DNA of 64,000 bases, from NCBI GenBank assembly GCA_964019425.1, contig OZ025796.1, positions 744,001 through 808,000 of the forward strand, in the 5' to 3' direction. The stretch comes from Flectonema sp. DT1601. Lineage: Eukaryota. Each line of letters starts with the position of its first letter. Position 1 is the stretch's first letter. The position numbers and the translations under genes are program-made. Shown here one piece after another: positions 46,101 to 56,596 of the stretch. Below the pieces are notes generated by a model. The model worked only from the letters and a program-made list of their open reading frames with translations, was not told the DNA's origin and searched no databases.

Positions 46101-46279
46101 TAGCTAGGTTTTAGTGCATAAGCGTTTAGCTTAGTTACGACTAAAAGAAGTGGTTTTTCATTGCCTTTGTTCTTCATGTATTTCAGCCATACGGAGAATG
46201 AAGCCTCGAAAACATCGTGATTCCTCTCAAACAGCTGTCGTATTTCTGTGGACTTCTTTAAATCATCCAATAGCGACAT
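43142..46279 (-). CDS. SEC15: Exocyst subunit Sec15/EXOC6 with N-terminal PH-like extension
   Basis: EEVENVVSTSASTFFEAV, RKFYPAVLTLDDLE, IPELRKKIK..FNKWMSSAR..IGAKA, YYLTNRQRQL, LAGFFLVD resemble Sec15 blocks; ATG 46279 follows an acceptor-like TTCAG. Confidence 0.75.
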   Translation of the reverse strand: MSLLDDLKKSTEIRQLFERNHDVFEASFSVWLKYMKNKGNEKPLLLVVTKLNAYALKPSYEVIKKFSLDSIALKLDAGKLYVTNKKGEPLFTMHGERKGLVDATATIKDLAQKLSAPIDVKKKPSPKFTPSQTPLTYSRPPTEPRRKHVNADDHNKQKRQSKQFDFLIQNIVAADDMDYQGIRSIYPQDSDNYETSVSLINQLSQFLRSRDEEVENVVSTSASTFFEAVQDCEAVKPGVSQALHRDVADISDRVSSRTEALLVAGAGVRKYQLEYKNIKDAISHIEMCQSAAALHTKAEKFVSERKFYPAVLTLDDLEFKVRPLLRHEYGKWVFEQAIPELRKKIKTEIHQDFNKWMSSARVMADPIGAKALAWARERIVAFDKSTFREIELVDTFDDYTLPQQRAGPRPRLGRRLSSMFDIASHRGGGSGATTDGTETSANSVSDHEDDWADDLVWDVRISDNTRSSSLRGAAQFLAALTDMLIVPQNSKAEDDSSHSGSPPQTPTTPATPASSVEDAPSAPLNSTSSEITFKVVHQNICVMSCLDPTHGLDTLRQYYLTNRQRQLQLRLQSPKSLQDVMSPKWLAGLAGFFLVDLIVAQSTYPPLVQEFHVLGFWDQTVQVLQTWLERAAAEVTRWEELLALKERCHELAVALEELWAVAGDCSYRLDPLYEGIVSVRKAAMEKLHFKAMHDIVEIMGKDKYQLVIPYNPEQPEPAPGSSQGIKKKNSLPGMNQPPSPMISHDPEALCKKYFLHLSNGGKCCSTVLQVMDVLTAALDASFIITRGSGDVDDEVRGQIESLLRHVACQLDERAGKLSLSQIYAMQICMQSVNAGAYDAAALSLSRGFAQRASSNYIDDNGRLRVFSSARRRLRDCQSRLEQGSIRMLHSRIKNFMDALTPVQWSPDPFKSVGAHTPLTDLKVFLSNVWKKRTAMLPNLLSKRMQSVEVGDVDACLSQLCRRIVNSESILRKSQSVINLRDDVHQIKQLCEPDNLTLSLFESQFESMLKTAADIERRNPNPPPAAAPVAAQKPKDRFAFFRRDKK

Positions 46280-46419
46280 GTGAGTTATGAGATCTGAAGA
46301 AGGGAAGAAGACATAAAAAACAATATCAGCAGCGTTAAGTAATTCATTCACATCATAACATACAGGAATTAATGGTGTTGTTGTTGTTGTTGTTGTTGTT
46401 TTTAATAAAACGATTTCGA

Positions 46420-49161
46420 CTATAAAATGTCTAACGGCATTCTGTCACGATGATCAAGTTGTTGGAGTTCTTCTTCAAGTTTTTTAATAACTTCTTGTTT
46501 CTCTTTTCTATTTCTATCAATAACACTCGTGTTGATTGTTAGAATAGCAGTTAATTGTTTTGTTGTGTATCGCTGTTGGTGTTGTTTTATTTCCTAACTG
46601 TAGGTGTCGATGGGAAAAACAAGAAAAAGACAATCTTACACACCGCGTGAGAGTTTCTTACCCAATCGAGGTAGCTTGCAGAATCCAGATAAAAAGATTT
46701 CACATACTCGTCGACGGGGTCGGCGCTTGGAATGCTGTTGTTATGTTGTTAGTAATTGTTTTAAAACTTTTTTTTAAAACAAACGAAAAAAAACAAACCT
46801 TCCAGGAACAAGTCCCTTAAGAGCGTGTTGAATAGTTTTAATATCGAGCGCCATCAGCGCTCTACCCTCATCACTGCATTTCTTCACTCTTGAAAACCCT
46901 TCAATGAGTGCACACCAAATATTATCTATTATACAAGTCCAGAGTCTGTAAGGGATATCTTCAGGGAGTTGAGATGCGATGTTTGAATCAGTGAGTGCGT
47001 CAGAAACCTTTCTAAGGTCCTTAAGCAACACGTGAGTGTACATCGATGGGTCAGATTCTAAAGCTTTTGGTTCCCACTTCGAGTCTTGAATTAATCTAGG
47101 ATATGAATCACACGGGTATATAAGCATCGATAATCTCTTTGTTGTTACTTTTGATAAATGTTTTAGTGTTCTGGTAAGTGATTGACTTTCTTGAGATTGT
47201 TTTTGATGGATTTCTGTATTCCAAATATTAGAAATACAACTCAATACAGATGAAGTAGAGTCTAGTGCAGTGTGCCGTATGATTATACCGTATAAGTCTA
47301 TCTTACTGCTGAGTAAATGTCTCACTGAAGGGGATTGAACTTGTGGTAGTGAGGCTGTTTTCAGTTCACCTGTCTCTGGATTAATATCTTTCGGAATATA
47401 TTTCAAAGCAATCTTCCGAATGACTTCAATATTCTTTTCAATATGAGCAGGCAGTTGGCTCTTTGAAAACATGTCTGATTCTGACTTTTCCCTTTCCTTT
47501 GAATCTTTCCTTTCAGATCCTGGTTGTGGAACATTACAAAAACTTGTAATAATTAAATAAACAAACAGAGATCCCAATTCTATTAAAAGATCACCCACAG
47601 AGACGCTAGCAGTAGGAAAAGCTTCAATAAGTTCTTTGTAGGTATCAATATTTGCGATTGTTTCATGAGCACATCGTAGAAGTGATCGTTTCGAGAATGC
47701 GTGGCAGGTTTCAGTTGAATTGAGTGGTGAGTCGTTTCCGAGTTGGACATAAGTTGTCGTCATCGTCATAAATGTAACGAATGGATTGCTGACTGATTCG
47801 TTCTCATCAGAAAGGTATTCAATACAAAGTTTACAGAGTGATATTATCTTCTTCTCTGATAGCATCTTACCAGTGTCTTTTTTTATCTCGTAGTCGTTTT
47901 TCACAACAGCCTCTCCAGTTTCATGCAATATTCCCATCCTCGTAACTTCAGTAACTTCTTTATGAAATACCTCTGAGAGATATTTCGTGATCGCCTTACA
48001 CATTAACGCATCCAGCTCTTCAGAAGGAGGATTGTTAAACGTAGTTAGCAGAGCGCTAAACATCCTATATGAAACAACTAAATTACGAAATGATTGTAAT
48101 TTAAGAGAATGAAATTGACATGAGACGAGAAACTCCTGCACCTTATGTTCGATTAGAGATGAGAATTCATTCTTAAAGTCGGTAATCCTTTCAAACCAGG
48201 AAGCATATTCAGGTGCTTGTGACAACCAGTTAGTCATAGCAGTGAAATTCCACATTGAATGAGCAAGGTTACTAAATAATGTGATTAAAGCTTGAATAAC
48301 ATCATCGGAATGTAGTTTTCTCATCAGCTGACTGAATGTTGCCTTCGCTGTTTCTGACTCGCAGCTGTTTTTCAAAGCGAATGTTCGAACACTAGCGAGA
48401 CTCGTCAGACTGACTACTCGTTTCCATTTCTGAACTAATTGATCAACGCCCTTATCTTGAGCATTACATGCTGTTACTGCAGTTAGGTTCTTTTGAAATT
48501 GCCAGGCGTGGAAGGTGTCACAGCAGTCTGTCATGCTTCGTTCGAGTTGGTTTTCAAAAATATGGATTTTCATTTGTCGGAGAGTAGTGAGGAGGTGTTT
48601 CATAATTTTGATATTATTAACAATATCAACGGAGTCTTCTTCGATACTTTGAAGTCCTTTGACGATTGTAATAACTGCATCAGCGTGCTCACCTGACTTC
48701 ACAAGTCGCAGTGCTGTTACTTGCAGATCCTTCGCTCGTTTTATCATTTTTAATATTTCTTGTGCTCTTCGCATGTTAACTTTACTTCGTTGTTTTTGAG
48801 ATATTGATAAAGATGAGATGACCATTTTCTTAGTCATTCGAAGTCTACTCTTTCCCCTATCACATATCACTGTAGTTTGTTCACTGCAGGTACCTACTTC
48901 TTGAATCTTATTAATTCCTTCAACGAATCTCGTGTAATTACTTTTTACTTTGGCATTAACCATTTCAACTACTACTCTTTGCTGGTTGCATCTTCGCTGT
49001 AAGTAAGCTTTTAGTTCTTCTTCTGTCATCGTGTGACTTTTTTGTAGTTCCAATGTTATAATGTCTACCTCTCCATAAGGAGTAGACAGGTGGGCATCTT
49101 TCTCAAACAGGTCACTTAGTACTTTTTCATTACTGCTGTCGTTGTTGCTCTCTGGGGGCAT
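46420..49161 (-). CDS. VPS50: Vps50/syndetin (EARP complex), three exons (49161-46799, 46734-46644, 46572-46420)
   Basis: NYTRFVEGINKI and LIEGFSRVKKCSDEGRALMALD; spliced exons add VDEYVKSFYL..WVRNSHA/RYTTKQL, matching the family C-terminus. Confidence 0.88.
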
Positions 49162-49398
49162 GTTTTAGTAACGATCTTCACTTTTTGGGGGTGAAAACGG
49201 AATATTGATGTCGTTCCTCACTTTCAGTAAGTTGACATTGTCAGAGATATCCGAAGTAGGTTTGTATTTACAATATAAAAAAAAAGTAAAAAAAGAAAAA
49301 AAATAACTTGGCAGTTCAAATCAAATCAAACAAATTCGCAAAACGAAGGAAGAGTAACTTGTTAAAGTCACACGGCAATGAAACTAGTGAAGGGTTGA

Positions 49399-50550
49399 TC
49401 ACTGACCTCCTACTTGTGGTAGAGCACAAGCGCTATTATTCTCTCTTTTAAAAGGAGCGTTAACACAGTAGGGAAGATCTCGTTTCCTTGGTTGATTTGT
49501 AGTTTTTAAAAACTGTCGATGTGCAGCATCAAACTTATCCAAACATGAAAGCGAAGTAGTAGTTTCTACCTGGTCAGCTTCCTGTTGGTAGTTACTTTGT
49601 TGCTGTTGCATCACCATGCGAAGGGTTTGTGTTCTATCTGGTAGTGAGCTTTGTTTTGTACCCATCGTGGTTTCGAGCTCTCTTCGACGTTCCATTTTTA
49701 CCGACATTGTTTTCAGTAAATTAATTCTATTATAACGAAAGAACTCTGTCCGCTGCTTCTCCTTCAGATCTTTAATCTGTCTTGCTTCTTCTCTCTTTTG
49801 ATCCTTCATGAGTCGAATATTAGCTTTGGTTGCTCCAGCAGGTGATTGTAAACAATAAAGTTGTTTACTTTCTAATGAGACTGGAAGTCCAGCTCTGAGT
49901 TCCAAGTCAAGTCTGTTTCGCTTTTGGTTGTTGAACTTTGCGAGAGTAGTTCGCCTTCGTCGAGTGACGAGTTCCTTTTTACGAGCGTCTTCTTCTCTCT
50001 GTCTATAAACTTCATCTGAAATAGTGTGTCCTTTTGATGTAATCATAAAGTCCTGCAGAGTATCTTGAGCTATTGAAGGCTCATTCAGTTCAGAATGTGA
50101 AGGCGCGTTTTTTGGTGAAAATCGCAACCAAGACGGTTCATCATCTTCCATATCGTCGTGTGTCGGAGGAACTCTCAAAGGTTTCGGACAAGTTATCAAT
50201 TGCGATGATAAAAACTCACCAACATCAGTCAGTCTTGATCCTCCTCCAGTCGGTGGATGCGGTTCCTTTGTTGCAATATCAATTTCACACTCTATATCTT
50301 TATTATTATTATTATTATTATTTTCACACTCATCTTTTAAATGAGCTGCTTCCGGTGTTGTCTTTACTCGAGGTTGGTGTCGCCATTCAATTTGGTGAGA
50401 GGTGGCTTTCCCTCCAACTCTTTGTACCTTCTTTTGAACCAACGCATCTCCTTGTTCCATACTCATTGTACGGCTGTTAGTATGGTGATGATGATAATAA
50501 TAATTACAAATAAATCCAAATATATTAGCTACTCCAGAAGGAATGCTCAA
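49399..50550 (-). CDS. Hypothetical basic coiled-coil protein (true start probably downstream, MSMEQ)
   Basis: 383-aa ORF; no family recognised. Confidence 0.6.
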   Translation of the reverse strand: MSIPSGVANIFGFICNYYYHHHHTNSRTMSMEQGDALVQKKVQRVGGKATSHQIEWRHQPRVKTTPEAAHLKDECENNNNNNNKDIECEIDIATKEPHPPTGGGSRLTDVGEFLSSQLITCPKPLRVPPTHDDMEDDEPSWLRFSPKNAPSHSELNEPSIAQDTLQDFMITSKGHTISDEVYRQREEDARKKELVTRRRRTTLAKFNNQKRNRLDLELRAGLPVSLESKQLYCLQSPAGATKANIRLMKDQKREEARQIKDLKEKQRTEFFRYNRINLLKTMSVKMERRRELETTMGTKQSSLPDRTQTLRMVMQQQQSNYQQEADQVETTTSLSCLDKFDAAHRQFLKTTNQPRKRDLPYCVNAPFKRENNSACALPQVGGQ

Positions 50551-50718
50551 GAGGTTAGTAGTAAGTTGTTGGTTCCAACAAAAGGTTAAAAAATAATCTG
50601 AAAACTGTGTTAAGTCATTTTATTGCAGAAAAATGTTGTATACAAAACGAAACGAAAGGAACCAACAATGAATTTAATTATCGGGGGTACTTCTTCTCTA
50701 CTACTCCTGTCAGTCTTT

Positions 50719-51390
50719 TTATATTTGTTTTTTTTTATTCTTGAAAGGTTTTATTAGTGAACTAAAACAAGTACTAACACCTTTCCGTTCTTGTTGTTGG
50801 AGATAACCACCTTGAGGTCTCTTAGCTAGACACGCAGCAGTGATCGCAGAAGCCTTTTTAGCTTTGGCATCCACATATTTTTGTAATCCTAACTGCGCAG
50901 CTCGTAAGAATGCTTCGCGGACATTGAAGTCCGTTCTAGCTGATGCCTCAATAATTTGGATATCATTGCCGTAAGTTGAAAGTTGTTTACTACTAACAGC
51001 TCTCTGAGGTATTAAATCTGACTTGTTGCCAATTAATATTATTTCTGGAGTATCAGCATGAGTACGAACCTCACTGAGCCAGTAAGGTAAATTATCAAAA
51101 CTCCGTTTGTTGGATAAATCAAAAACCACAATCGCGACATGAGCTCCTCTGTAATAAGAACTTCGCAGTGATTTAAACTTTTCTTGTCCTGCAGTGTCCC
51201 AAACCATCATTTTTGCGATTTTTCCATTTACCTCCATACTCTCAACTATAAAATCTACTCCTATTGTGTGTCGATGTGAAGCTACCCATTCTCCACCTTG
51301 GCAGGCTCTTATTAATGAACTCTTACCGACACCACTTTCTCCAACGACAACAACCTTTAGGAGGACATCATAGCTTGAAGAAGGATCCAT
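50719..51390 (-). CDS. Rab-family small GTPase with atypical C-terminus
   Basis: GESGVGKS, TIGVDF, WDTAGQE, SYYRGA, GNKSD, EASAR. Confidence 0.92.
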   Translation of the reverse strand: MDPSSSYDVLLKVVVVGESGVGKSSLIRACQGGEWVASHRHTIGVDFIVESMEVNGKIAKMMVWDTAGQEKFKSLRSSYYRGAHVAIVVFDLSNKRSFDNLPYWLSEVRTHADTPEIILIGNKSDLIPQRAVSSKQLSTYGNDIQIIEASARTDFNVREAFLRAAQLGLQKYVDAKAKKASAITAACLAKRPQGGYLQQQERKGVSTCFSSLIKPFKNKKKQI

Positions 51391-52089
51391 TGAGCTCTGA
51401 ATCCTATTTAAAATATAATAATTTGGGATTAGAATGAGTCGTGATCTGGTTGTGTGTGTGTTCTTCCTGTTAAAAGAATAGACATAGGAATTGTGTTGGG
51501 TGCTCTGTTTTCAAATATAGACACGATATCGGACTGGTAGAGTCCAAGAATACAAACCTTACATCACGGTATGACAAAAAAAAAAAAAAAAAAAAGAGAA
51601 ATGAAAAAAAAAGAAATTCGTTTGTGCGCAACCGGAAAACAAGCCTATAAAGTAAAAAGGTGTTAACGTTACGCTGCCACAATTGTCTTTCGCTCGTAAA
51701 TCAAATCATGTCTCCGAGATGGAAAAAAAAAAAAAAAAAAAAAAATTGACAACGTCCACTTTGATAGATCGACTTTATAAATTAAACAAATGATAGCGAT
51801 TTGTATTAGACGCAATAAAAAATAAAATAAAATGAAAAACTGAATTCGCGGTGATGCGAAAAATTCAAAAAAAATAACACTCTTGAGGAGTGGCATCAAG
51901 TTATAACCGAACAATTGAAAACCAACATAAGTGGTGGTTAACGTAGCCGCTGTCTGCACAATTCCTTCACTGTTTTTTTTTTAAAACCAGAAATACGAAA
52001 TATGAGGACAAAGGAAAGAAAGAAAAAAAAAAAAAAAAAAGAACGGGAGAGAGAACTCTGACACATTTTCAATAGTCAGGAAAGGCATC

Positions 52090-53512
52090 ATTTTATGACG
52101 AGAAAATAATCATTTCGCAGGTGTGGTTAAGCAAATCTCATCGAACTCTCATCGAACTGCTGATCGCCGTAACACACCGCGATTACTATTATTTGTGCAC
52201 TTCAAAAAAAAGAAAAAAAATACTAAAGGATTCTTTTTTTTTTTTTCCTTTCCTTCTTCTTTTCTTTTCTTGCGCAAAATATATGAAGATTACTATTTTA
52301 TCTGAAGAGCTAGTTCATTCATTAAATTAGAGCAGTAATAAATTTATTCTTTTCTCCCCGACTGAAGATTTTGAAAAAAAATAAAAAAAAAAACCTATTG
52401 TGCGATCATCTCGACAACAGTAAATATAATTAGATGACAGTGTTTCTAAAGTTTTAATAAAAAAAAAAAAAAAAAAAAAAAAAGATTAAAAATAAAAGGG
52501 AAACAAACAAGAAAGAAAAAAAAAAAAGAAAAAGAAAAAAACGGAGATAGCCGACTTATTTATTTCTTCGCAAAATCAATCGCATGAGCTGAAGTGAATT
52601 GCCTACCTAAGAGAATAAGTCCACCTCTTTTATTTTTTTCTTCCTTTTCTTTTTTTTTTTAGCTCGCATACCACAGACACAGTTTTACAATGTTTCTCTA
52701 TTTATTTAATTTTTTTTTGTTTTTTCGTTTTTTGTTTTTGTTGTTCTATTTTTTTTGTGACTGAAAAAACCGTTATTGTGAGAGCTAGAAAAAACTCTAT
52801 GAGGGGGAGGAGAGAGGAGAGAAAAAAAAAGAAAAAAAAAACGAAATATTGTACTAATTTGGAAAAAAAAAAAAAAGATAAGTCCCGGGTCCTATGTATC
52901 ACTACGAATGCGGTCATGGAGACCTTTTTCCATGGATTTCTACTTATAATCAAGTTTATAAGCAGGACTTGGTGGTAAACTGTATTTATGACATTTGTCA
53001 ATAAAAATAAAAAAAAAGAATAATCGTTTAAGCGTACTGAACCAAGTCAGGGTTTGAGGGTCGAAGAAGATAGCTTTTTTTTTTTTTTGTGCTAAAACCC
53101 TCTTTGTTTTATTCTCTTTTTATTTCTACTGAAGTAGGATCGAACATTGTTCTCTTGCAAACACAGGAAAAAAAAAAAAGAGGGAAGACAACTTTTTCCC
53201 TCCATGCTACAACCCAGGAGGAAAAAAAAGAAAGTTGGACAAAAACAAACAAACAAATATTTAACCCAACTGAAGACAAAGTAATTAAAAAAGTAAAAAA
53301 AAAAAAATATATATAAAATATTGATTCTCTTAGCTGGGAAATTGGTCTGCTTTTTTTTTTGGGCGAAAAAAAGCGGAAAAAAAAATTGAGTGAAGAAAGA
53401 AAAGAAAAAGGAAGAAAAAAAAAAACACCTTTTTTCCCCCCTCCATCACTACAAAGCAGTTCCGTCTTCGATACACTGCTTTCCCCTTTAAAGTCGAATA
53501 AAAAGAAAACAA

Positions 53513-53543
<31 letters not shown>

Positions 53544-53600
53544 GTATCCTAGCATTTCTCTGATTTAGTCCACTGTTCGTACTACGAGAATTGTTTTGAA
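52090..53600 (+). mobile_element. Putative degenerate non-LTR RT relics (two partial copies)
   Basis: RTLIE / RLLLFVHFKK (52142-52209); then KSPGP-like AAGTCCCGGGTCCT (52880), SGFEGRR (53047), DSLSWE (53323), LLSPL (53476), ILAFL+1nt+DLV (53546), in canonical RT order. Confidence 0.45.
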
Positions 53601-53765
53601 GAGCATTCGAAAAGACGAACACAAATCAAAAAACAGCAATCTTTTTATCATGGACAGAAAAAGAGGATGCCTAATGTCAAAAGTAAAGAAAACTATGTCA
53701 AAAAACTAAATCAAAAAAAGACTTAGGCGAGAAGGGTTGACTGGCACACACACGAAATAAGAATA

Positions 53766-54542
53766 TTACAGAACCTCAGCTGGGTGACAAGTTGGTGACA
53801 TTTCTATACCTTGCTCTGGCTGTGCATAATTAAAAGTAGGTGGAATAAAAGAAGGCTTTGAAGAACTTGCAAGACGTTCGCGGAGGAAAGCATTTAATGG
53901 AGCTTCTTCCAGATTGTCCTCTAGGGTGAGAAATACATAATTACCTCCAATAGTAACTAAAGAATAGAGGTAGTAAGATGTTACTTGAGAACTGTGGTGA
54001 TGGTGATGGTGGTGATCCCCATGATGATGATGACTGCTTTTACTAATCTTTAAGGTACAGCTGATATTTAAACAGTCAGCGTATTTAATGCTGCTTTCCT
54101 TTGCGACACATCCAAGACCGTTAGTTTTATAATAAATAGTTTGCTTTTCATCATCGAAAAATAATTCGACACTTCCGTGAACGCAGACTAACATACCCAG
54201 TACACAAGCTGGGGCTACAAGTCCGACAAGTGGTATCAGAGACCCTGTCACAATAACGACGGTTATCGGCATGGCAGCCATCAATATCGCAATACCAATC
54301 AAAATCTTCGCCACATGAGTTTTTGGGGAAACTAACTTCCATAAACCGTTTTCAAAATTGAATCGTTTTGCTTTTATCGCCTGAACTAGTCTCTCGTCAG
54401 GTATGTCTGCCATTTGCTGAGCTCCACCAGCTTGAATGATAACCGGTCCACCCACGACCACCGGTCCACCGACAACCATCGGTTGCCCCTGAATGGGAAT
54501 TCCAGCAACTGGAAGTGGAAGTGGAGCGCCTTGTTGTATCAT
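53766..54542 (-). CDS. Hypothetical membrane protein (two TM) with His-rich tract
   Basis: 258-aa ORF; ILIGIAILMAAMPITVVIV / LIPLVGLVAPACVLGMLVCV; SHHHHGDHHHHHH. Confidence 0.75.
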   Translation of the reverse strand: MIQQGAPLPLPVAGIPIQGQPMVVGGPVVVGGPVIIQAGGAQQMADIPDERLVQAIKAKRFNFENGLWKLVSPKTHVAKILIGIAILMAAMPITVVIVTGSLIPLVGLVAPACVLGMLVCVHGSVELFFDDEKQTIYYKTNGLGCVAKESSIKYADCLNISCTLKISKSSHHHHGDHHHHHHHSSQVTSYYLYSLVTIGGNYVFLTLEDNLEEAPLNAFLRERLASSSKPSFIPPTFNYAQPEQGIEMSPTCHPAEVL

Positions 54543-54986
54543 TGTAGGAACAATATCAATATCTTGAGAAGAAATAACCTAAAAATATATATCTAACGCT
54601 TCAATTATATATACGCAACAGCCGTCAATAAGTACCCTGTAAAAAAAAAACATAATTACACGTAGTAATTCATTACGTTGTACACATCGCTACCACTAAC
54701 AAAAAAAGCTGAAAAACCCGGGGAGGGGGCACAACGGAAAAAAAAAAAAAAAAAAAAAATACCAATTTTTAGGTGCTGTACTATTTCTTGAAAGGAAAAA
54801 ATAAAAAAAAAGAGAATAAACTTTTTGACCCGGGTTAGCGACGTTCTTGATGATGTGAACGGAAAAGGTTAAAAAAAAAAAAAAAGAAAATTGCCCCCAC
54901 CGGTTCACAATAAATTCGCCGCCTCACTACTAATAAATATCAATGATCGTAGCAGCTTCGCGACTGATTTCATCGTTAACAAAAGT

Positions 54987-55197
54987 CTACAGCCCAGTGC
55001 TGGATGCTCCAGCTGGCTTGGCAGTAGTTTTAGTGCTCTTTGACGACTTCACATCGGTGTGAGCCTCCTGTGTGATTGTTCATTTTGGGTTTTCTATTCC
55101 TCGTAAGAGAAACAACAACAAACAGAAAGAAACAAACCTTGGAGCGTGACTGCTTAAGGAACTGCTGGTACAGAGCTGAGTTAACGTCGTAGATCAT
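54987..55197 (-). CDS. 46-aa wound-induced basic protein (Wound_ind)-like microprotein, two exons (55197-55138, 55067-54987)
   Basis: MIYDVNSALYQQFLKQSRSK/EAHTDVKSSKSTKTTAKPAGASSTGL*; 70-nt GT-AG intron 55068-55137; AAAATG context; N-terminus resembles the plant MIYDVNSPLFRSFLSQ motif. Confidence 0.8.
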
Positions 55198-55561
55198 TTT
55201 GTTGAGTTAGTCTTTAAGTTAACAAGAAGCTGTTTGGAAAGAAGTAAAATATTACGTTAGTTAATAGCAGTGTGACTAAATTAAAAAAAAACAGATATAT
55301 AAAAAAATTAAACAAAAAAAAAAAAAAAAACATTGTTCTGCTGTTCCATAAAACACTATACGATAGCGTGATTAACATTCTTACCAAATCTGATGGATCA
55401 ATCCATTATTGTTTCTCCCGGTGGTAATATTTACATGTTCAGACCACACTAAAATTATCTCCTAAACTGCTTGCTTCTATTTGCTGTGTTGTTCGCGGAA
55501 AAACCAGCCAACAACAAAGAAAAAAAAAAACTAGGGGTCATTGCTGGTACCTCGGTTCTCG

Positions 55562-55965
55562 GCACTTGCCACCAATTTTGCCAATAGAAACGATATTCAA
55601 ACAACACAAATCCGTCGAATTCGAGTTCGTCGAATTAGACCTCACCAGTTATAAAATTCCGAAAATGAGAAAATGGCACCCCTCTCAACAAGAAGAACTC
55701 AGAATACGAGATGCCAAGTCCAAAATAATGTGGAATACTTTCAATACATTTGCTCAGAAAGTCGACTACCTGAACCTAAAAAAACAACCTCCCAGTTGGA
55801 TGAGAAAAGTTCTGGGGGCAGCACCCCCCAACCTGCACGTGCAACTCATGGTTTTCACTCCAAACGGAGCAAGAAATCTAATTCATGCTGGTTTTCTGAT
55901 TAGAGGCTGGCAGTTAATATAAATCCTTTTTTTTCAAGAAAAAAAGGAGTAATGGTCCCCCCTAC
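55562..55965 (+). repeat. Diverged dispersed repeat with residual coding signal, copy 1 (copy 2 at 56597-56835)
   Basis: Shared blocks GCACTTGCC, GATATTCAAA, GTTCGTCGAATTAGA.CTCACCAGTT, GTTGGATGAGA, CAAGAAATC, TGATTAGA, GTAATGG. Confidence 0.8.
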
Positions 55966-56596
55966 AACAACAACAAAATTTTACGTCATAGCAACAGAAA
56001 AGCATAATTATCAGCAGTTTATGAAAAGCCCTGAAGGCATACTTCCATCGCGAAGAATGCAATCACTTTTTTATACGTTTTTTTTTTCCTCCTTTTTTTA
56101 TCTTTTTTTCTTTTTAATGATTTTCATTCTACAGAAGAACAATTCTATCATAACATAAACAAACTTATTTAAAACAAGAGAATTGAAAGAAAAAAAAAAA
56201 AGAAGAAGAAGAAAAAAAAAGTATACGCAAACGACAACTACGTGTCGCTTGTTTGTTCAATACCACTAAATTTTATTAATAAAAAAAAAAAAAAAAAAAC
56301 CAAAAAAAAAAAAAAGTAATTGACGAGTAAGCAAGGAAATCATCAGATAGCTAAGAGAATCACTATATTTATTTATCAAGCAGCGTGAGACCAGTCATTG
56401 AATAGGCATCATCCAATACATAACTAACCTGTTTCGGCTTTGTCTTAAAACTAAAAAAAACTAAAAGTCCAAAACGATAAGCTTAACAGCTCTCCAGTCG
56501 GAGGCTTCTTCAACCTGTCGATCGCTTCATAGAAGATTCATAGAGAATAAGGAGCCCCACATTAAAGTAAAAGTTTGGCGACAAAAAATTCCGCAG

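Noticed and set aside
51470..53568. Numerous 60-150 aa poly-Lys/poly-Phe ORFs (also 14298-15219, 54696-54908, 58002-58743, 59567-59795)
   Set aside because: Produced by A/T homopolymers; no credible protein signal as intact genes.
56405..56452. Possible 28S rRNA fragment (AACTAACCTGT core)
   Set aside because: Only an 11-nt exact match with poor flanks; consistent with chance.
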